Assembly (NCBI RefSeq): GCF_006345805.1
Contig: NW_021825509.1
Span: forward strand, 1-15,397
Origin: Octopus sinensis
Taxonomy: Eukaryota
Length of the DNA: 15,397 nucleotides
Direction: 5' to 3'
Shown here: one piece after another, positions 9,741 through 15,397 of the stretch
Layout of the letters: each line of letters starts with the position of its first letter
How positions within the stretch are numbered: the first letter of the stretch is position 1
Position numbers and translations under genes: made by a program
The notes under the pieces: generated by a model
What the model saw: the letters and a program-made list of their open reading frames with translations, nothing else
Told to the model about the DNA's origin: nothing
Database searches by the model: none

Positions 9741-9954
9741 TAAGGTGGCGCGCTGGTAAAATAGTAAGCATGTTGAGCAAAATGTTTAGCGGCATCCCGT
9801 CTATTTCGACGATCTGAGTTCAAATACCATCAAAGTCGAATTTGCCTTTCATCATTTCGGACTCGATAAAATATGTACCAATTGAATGCTGGGGTCGACA
9901 TAGACCCTCTCCCGACACATCTGGCCGTGTGCCAAAGTTTGAAATCAATATTAT
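9741..9954 (+). mobile_element. SINE, family 2 (second copy of a tandem pair)
   Basis: TAAGGTGGCG head, GAGTTCAAATACC, AAGTCGAATTTGCCTTTCATC, CTGGGGTCGA; same TTTGAAA(C/T)CA tail as the previous copy. Confidence 0.85.
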
Positions 9955-10193
9955 ATCCGTTGGTTGTGTAAGACTAGAGCTTGAAAGAAAGATTGTTTCC
10001 GATGTCTTTGGATAGAAGTCTAATCTGATCACTTTCAATAACACCATATCCCATGAAGAATTATGATGTCAGTGCTAGCAATAAGCCCAAATTTTGGATT
10101 ACTAGTCTGGATAGCCGAAGAAATCCGCAATTTATACATCATTTATACATCACAAATGAGTGGTGACATCCTCATCAACCAGGCACTTCATAC

Positions 10194-10219
10194 GATCTAT
10201 ATTCGAAAGAATATAGATC
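10194..10219 (+). other. Perfect 11-bp hairpin with C(GAAA)G tetraloop
   Basis: GATCTATATTC-GAAA-GAATATAGATC. Confidence 0.9.
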
Positions 10220-10359
10220 TGTAAACAGAGGCTTACCCCCATTCAATACTTTTGACCTTCAATAATTACAGTTCAACACAGAAGTGGATAGTTGAGTTCA
10301 GTAGATACCGTTGACCTCGATAATTTGTTTTAATTAGTAAGGACCAGTTTATCAGTAAG

Positions 10360-10770
10360 GACCAGTTACTTATATAAGTAAAGCATATCTAAGACCATAT
10401 AACCTAAATAAGTATACGTCAGCTTATGAAATACATTTGGTTTCAATGTTATCAAAAAATACTGTGAGGAAACCTCATGTGGATATGAGAACAGGTTACT
10501 TAGTAAAGCACAGTTAGGTGTTTTAACCTCAGTAAATACAGGGAAGCTAATAAAATACATTTGATCTGAATTCTCTAAGGCGATCTCAATGTATATAGTA
10601 TATTCCAGTGAGGAATCTTCATAAGAGTGTGGTTCACCTCAGTGAGGACAGGTTACTTATATAAGTAAAGCACAGTTAAGTGTTTTAGCCTCAATAATTT
10701 CAGGTCAGCTCAGAAAGTACATTTGACTTGAAAACTTTGAGCTGATCTCAATAAGTACAGCTGATCTCAG
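10360..10770. repeat. Degenerate tandem repeat, three units, period about 130-157 bp
   Basis: Anchor GTTACTTA(TATAA)GTAAAGCA at 10365, 10495 and 10652, each followed by alignable sequence through AGCT..TACATTTG. Confidence 0.85.
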
Positions 10771-11119
10771 AGTAAACTGATAACATCAGTTAACACATAC
10801 ATATCTCCGTTGTAAGTTGTCAGTTTAAGAAATAATTCCGTAGTTACTATATTATTGGATCATTACTAAACATCTCGCGATGACGAATTGTACAATAATT
10901 CGTGGGTGTATATATACATACATATATGTATACATAAATACACACCATTCTGGGCGTATGTATGTATGTGTGTGTATTTCTCTGTGTAAACAGATATTGT
11001 GAAAACACAAGTATCTTCTGCACTTAAATCAACTATAAAATATCTCTATTACTTTTTTCTTGCAATTTTGTATTTAAATATTTAGTTAATGTTTTTCGTT
11101 TTGCTGTGAATATCTGTCG

Positions 11120-11178
11120 GTGTCTATTTACACAGACACACACCAAGATATATACATATATCTAGATATAAATATAAA

Positions 11179-11236
<58 letters not shown>

Positions 11237-11292
11237 ATGTATATATATACACACATATACAGATACATATGTGTGTGTGTGTGTGTGTGTGT
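11120..11292. repeat. (TA)n/(TG)n compound microsatellite
   Basis: Direct reading. Confidence 0.92.
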
Positions 11293-11308
11293 TGCTGTGT
11301 TCGGTGAA

Positions 11309-11645
11309 GGCGCATGGCTCAGTGGTTAGAGCGTCGATCTTACGATCGTGAGGTTGTAAGTTCGATTCCCGGACCGGGCTGCGTGTTGTGTTCTTGAACA
11401 AGACACTTTATTTCACGTTACTTCAGTTAACTAATCTGTAGAAATTAGTTGCGACATCACTGGTGCCAAGCTGTATCGGCCCCTTTGCTTTTCCCTTGGA
11501 TAACATCAGTGATGTGGAGACGGGAGGCTGGTATGCATGGGTGACTGTTGGCCTTCCATAAACAACTTTGCCCGCACTTGGACCTCGGATGGTAACATTC
11601 CAGGTGCAATCCCATGGTCATCCTTGACCGAATGGGTTTCCCATA
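11309..11645 (+). mobile_element. tRNA-derived SINE, family 3
   Basis: Near-consensus A box TGGCTCAGTGG (11315-11325) and B box GTTCGATTCC (11360-11369), then GTGTTCTTGAACAAGACACTT core. The acceptor stem does not close, so it is not a tRNA gene. Confidence 0.85.
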
Positions 11646-11657
11646 TCTTTGGTGTGT

Positions 11658-11857
11658 TCGAGGGTAGGTACCCAAACGAAAACGGAATTTTTTTGCAATA
11701 TTATTTTATCCACTCAGTTTTACTTATTTACACTTTTATCGCCTTCAAAATATTCTCCATTTGAAGATGCGCTTTCCACTATTCGAAGCAGTACAGGGAC
11801 TCTTGCAAAGTTGTGCCTTTTAACGTTTCCGGTTACTTTTGGGTGACCCATCTTATA
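11658..11857. mobile_element. Probable decayed mariner-type MITE
   Basis: Left CGAGGGTAGGTACCCAAACGAAAACGGAA versus reverse complement of the right end TAAGATGGGTCACCCAAAAGTAACCGGAA; about 200 bp, non-coding. Confidence 0.55.
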
Positions 11858-11915
11858 GACATATAGACATATGACACATATATGTATACATTTATATATA
11901 TATATATGTGTGTGT

Positions 11916-12252
11916 GGGAAGCACTCCGTCGGTTACGACGACGAGGGTTCCGGTTGATCCGATCAACGGAACAGACACGTGTACCCTTAACGTAGTTCTC
12001 GGGGATATTCAGCGTGACACATAGAGTGACAAGGCCGGCCCTTTGAAATACAGGTACAACAAGAACAGGAAGTAAGAGTGAGAGAAAGTTGTGGTGAAAG
12101 AGTACAACAGGGATCACCACCATCCCTGCCGGAGCCTCGTGGAACTTTAGGTGTTTTCGCTCAATAAACACTCACAACGCCCGGTCTGGGAATCGAAACC
12201 GCGATCCTACGACCGCGAGTCCGCTGCCCTAACCACTGGGCGATTGCGCCTC
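11916..12252 (-). mobile_element. tRNA-derived SINE, family 4 (tRNA-Arg-like head)
   Basis: Minus strand reads GAGGCGCAATCGCCCAGTGGTTAGGGCAGCGGACTCGCGGTCGTAGGATCGCGGTTTCGATTCCCAGACCGGGC. The head resembles family 3 but the body differs. Confidence 0.85.
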
Positions 12253-12261
12253 ATATATATG

Positions 12262-12295
<34 letters not shown>

Positions 12296-12325
12296 TGTAT
12301 GTATGTATGTATGTATGTATGTATT
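12253..12325. repeat. (TATG)n microsatellite
   Basis: Direct reading. Confidence 0.95.
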
Positions 12326-12582
12326 ATATACTTTACTATTAATGCTGCTAAATCTTCCCCAAAATTTCACAATAATTGTCGTGATTTATCTGCTGCTTTA
12401 ATAATAAAGCATATTACATCTGTTAATCTGGTCAAGCCAGTCCTACAATGATATGTGCACATGTACATCTTTTATCTTTTACACGTCTTAATCATTGGGT
12501 GGCGGCCATACTGATTCAAGAGTTTTATGTGTGTGTATGTGTGTGTGCGTGTTTGTGTGTGTGCATCTCTTATCTCTAATTT

Positions 12583-13189
12583 CTTACTTGTTTCACTCAT
12601 TAGACTGCGACCATGCGGGGGCACAGACTTGGAAATTTTTAATCGAATGAATCGACGTCAGTACATAATTATTTTTGCTAAGCCTGATACGTGTTCTATC
12701 AGTCATTTTTGCTAAGCCGCTAAGTTACAGGAACTTAAACTCACCAGCATCGGTTATCAGGTGGAGTTGGGTGACACATACAGATGTCTATACGACGTGT
12801 TTCTTCCAGTTTCCGTCAACCAAATGCACCCGCATATCTTTGGTCGGTCCTTGACTATAATAGAAGGCACTCGCTGAATGTGCTACGTCGTGGGACTGAA
12901 CCCGGAAGCATATATTTGGGGAGCAAGCTTCTTATTTCTTTATTGCCCACAAGATGTTAAACACAGAGGAGACAACAAGGCCTGACAAACGGATTAAGTC
13001 GATTACATCGCCCCCCAGTGCGTAACTGGTATTTAATGCATCGACCCCGAAAGGATGAAAGGCAAAGTCGACCTCGGCAGAATTTGAACGAAATACCAGA
13101 AAGCATTTCGCCCGGCGTGCTACCATTACTTCCAGCTCGCCGACTTTTTATATACCACACAGCTTCTTACCACAGAGCTACGCCTGCGC
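12583..13189 (-). mobile_element. SINE family 1 copy, split by a nested family 2 insertion
   Basis: Body at 12583-12934 is homologous to 1590-1960; its head GCGCAGGCGTAGCTCTGTGGTAAGAAGCT is at 13161-13189. Confidence 0.85.
12935..13160 (-). mobile_element. SINE family 2, nested, with 9-bp TSD AGCTTCTTA
   Basis: TSD copies at 12926-12934 and 13161-13169; AAAGGCAAAGTCGACCTCGGCAGAATTTGAAC matches family 2. Confidence 0.88.
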
Positions 13190-13499
13190 ACATACATATA
13201 CATATAAAGTTACCGTTTTCTAAAGTTTACTATTAAGGCTTTAGGTGGTCCTTAACTGAGCCCCAAAATCACTATTGCAAAGCGAGTTTCTTAACCACCA
13301 GAACCTGCCTATGTATACACAAATATCTTTTCTAATATATAGTATTTCCGGGGAAAAAAAGTAATCTACTTAAACCAAAATGTTGGTACAGACTGTTTAG
13401 TGATGCAACTTCCTTGAATTGCTAAAATATTTTGATTACTGAAGTGATTCAGACATATATGGATGTATATGTGTAAATGTGCGCGTGTGAGCAAGCGCG

Positions 13500-13587
13500 C
13501 CTATGTCTGTGATTGTGTATTTATGTATGCATATATACACATCTGTATCTCTCTCCCTCGCTCTCTCCTACGCTCTCTCTCTCTGCA

Positions 13588-13619
<32 letters not shown>

Positions 13620-13737
13620 TACATGTTGTTACTGTTCTTGTTCCTCTTCTTCTCTTTCTTCTTCTTCTTCTTCTTCTTCTCTTTCTTCTTCTTCTTCGTC
13701 TTACTACTACTACTATTACTACTACTATTATTATTAC

Positions 13738-13780
<43 letters not shown>
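13500..13780. repeat. Compound microsatellite: (CT)n, (TA)n, then (CTT)n, (CTA)n, (ATT)n
   Basis: Direct reading. Confidence 0.95.
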
Positions 13781-14560
13781 TTGAAAAGGTTTTCGGCCCC
13801 ATGCAACGTAATGTTTATGAGGTTTGTCACAGGAATTTAGCTTGTCAGGTTATACGTACTCAGAATTGTTCTCTTCCCTATATCCTAATGCTTCTATATT
13901 TTCTTTCCGACGAAGGACAAACTTCCGAAACGTTATGACATGCCGCTTTCATTTCAACCTGTGAAGTGTTAAACGAATTCACCAAACTTCATTATTGACT
14001 TTTGTAAACCTTGTCTTTATACACACGCCCAGGGTGAGAGGAGAAGAGATAAAGAGAGAAATAGAGAGCGAAAAAGCGAGCGAGAGAGCGTGAAAGAGAT
14101 AGCGGGCATGTATTGAAAGAAATGATAATAACTATGGAAATGAAAACCTAGTAGTTGCAGAAAACTTGGAAATAAGTGATTACTGAAATTGCATTATATG
14201 GCATGTTCTAATGTGGTGCATGCTTACATTGATATCACGTTAACCTGATTAATGCTTTACACGAGGCTGTAACAGATGATCCTGACAAACAGATAACTAT
14301 GCTCACAATATGAATCAATATTGAACATTATCACGTCTGAGAATCTTCCCTGGTTTTTAGTCTCGTTCGACATTTGTTAACTCATTTTATTATATATCGT
14401 AATTGGTGCCAACGAACACTGTGTGTCTCAGATTCGCAACGAGTTAATTATAGCCTCGCAGTGTTTCTGACAGCAAAAGTCTTATGTGAGTTTCGTGAAC
14501 GGGTAATTAACTATAACAATGTACAAATAATACTTTTACTATTGAATTTCTTTTTACAAA

Positions 14561-14591
<31 letters not shown>

Positions 14592-14896
14592 GCATGTTCC
14601 TTTTCTTCTTTATTTTTATGCTGTCATTGGTGAATAAACATGACTTTTGAATATAAAGTTTGTAATAGCCTAATCTGATAACTGTATGACTGCACTTTTG
14701 ACAGTGACAGCGGCAAGTGAATCTCCGTAACTCTGCGTTTTCAATGTACTTTTACCGATTTCTATCGAGGAAAATAATGCTCACTCACACGCGCACCTAC
14801 CCAAACACACACACACGCACATATAGACATGGACACATATGCATGTGTGTGTGTGTGAGCGTGCGTGTAAACATACGTAGAAATAAGCAATATGTA

Positions 14897-15032
<136 letters not shown>

Positions 15033-15190
15033 AACTTTATTTACAAGCAGCAGAAATTAACAAAAGCTGTTCGGGAACGTGAAACTCCGAGTAACAAGTT
15101 TGCTAAATTTCTGCTTCTTTTAAATAAAGCATATTACTCTACCTCTGGTAAATGAGTACTCTTTATTCCACCTTATTTACATTTATCCGG
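15033..15190 (+). mobile_element. Short microsatellite-flanked hairpin element with a hammerhead remnant
   Basis: Inverted arms 15035-15064 / 15099-15129 (27 of 31 positions match) enclose CGGGAACGT-GAAA-CTCCGAG-TA; flanked by (TAGA)n and (TA)n. Confidence 0.55.
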
Positions 15191-15241
<51 letters not shown>

Positions 15242-15255
15242 AATACATACATATA
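15191..15255. repeat. (TA)n microsatellite
   Basis: Direct reading. Confidence 0.93.
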
Positions 15256-15397
15256 AGAGTGATGACTACTAAGTGGACATCCATTATGCTAGAGGTAGAC
15301 TCCACATGGTGACTACTAAGAAAACATTATTAATATTACTATTATTATTACGTTAAGTAATCCTACTATGTGCTTCTTACAACTTAATGCTGTTAGC

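Noticed and set aside
10360-10770. CRISPR-like array
   Set aside because: Eukaryotic context, only three diverged units, and the 'spacers' are homologous to each other.
10883-10903. ACGAATT/AATTCGT hairpin
   Set aside because: A 7-bp stem in AT-rich DNA is expected by chance.
11309-11380. tRNA gene
   Set aside because: A and B boxes are present but there is no closed acceptor stem and it runs into a SINE body. The same applies to 1578 and 12252.
13625-13780. Gradient of trinucleotide motifs
   Set aside because: Ordinary compound-microsatellite drift; nothing suggests coding or other function.

Overview
AT-rich, non-coding-looking animal genomic DNA. About a third is (TA)n/(CA)n/(ATT)n/(GATA)n microsatellite, and nearly all tracked ORFs are microsatellite artefacts. 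The tRNA-derived SINE families and microsatellite load suggest an octopus/cephalopod genome (inference from recognition, not searched). Well-supported content: one full-length but dead DD34D mariner with TIRs (~4713-5982, minus strand), about nine copies from roughly four tRNA-headed SINE families (one nested in another with a 9-bp TSD), and a probable mariner-type MITE. No host gene could be identified. Most interesting: two unrelated elements, each sitting inside a microsatellite, end in a perfect fold-back palindrome with a 5-nt loop (52-bp and 82-bp arms). A third microsatellite-flanked element is a long hairpin carrying the 3' half of a hammerhead ribozyme. Four more type I hammerhead-like motifs occur on the + strand, each with at least one defect. 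Together these suggest, but do not prove, microsatellite-targeting, ribozyme-bearing Penelope-like non-autonomous retroelements.
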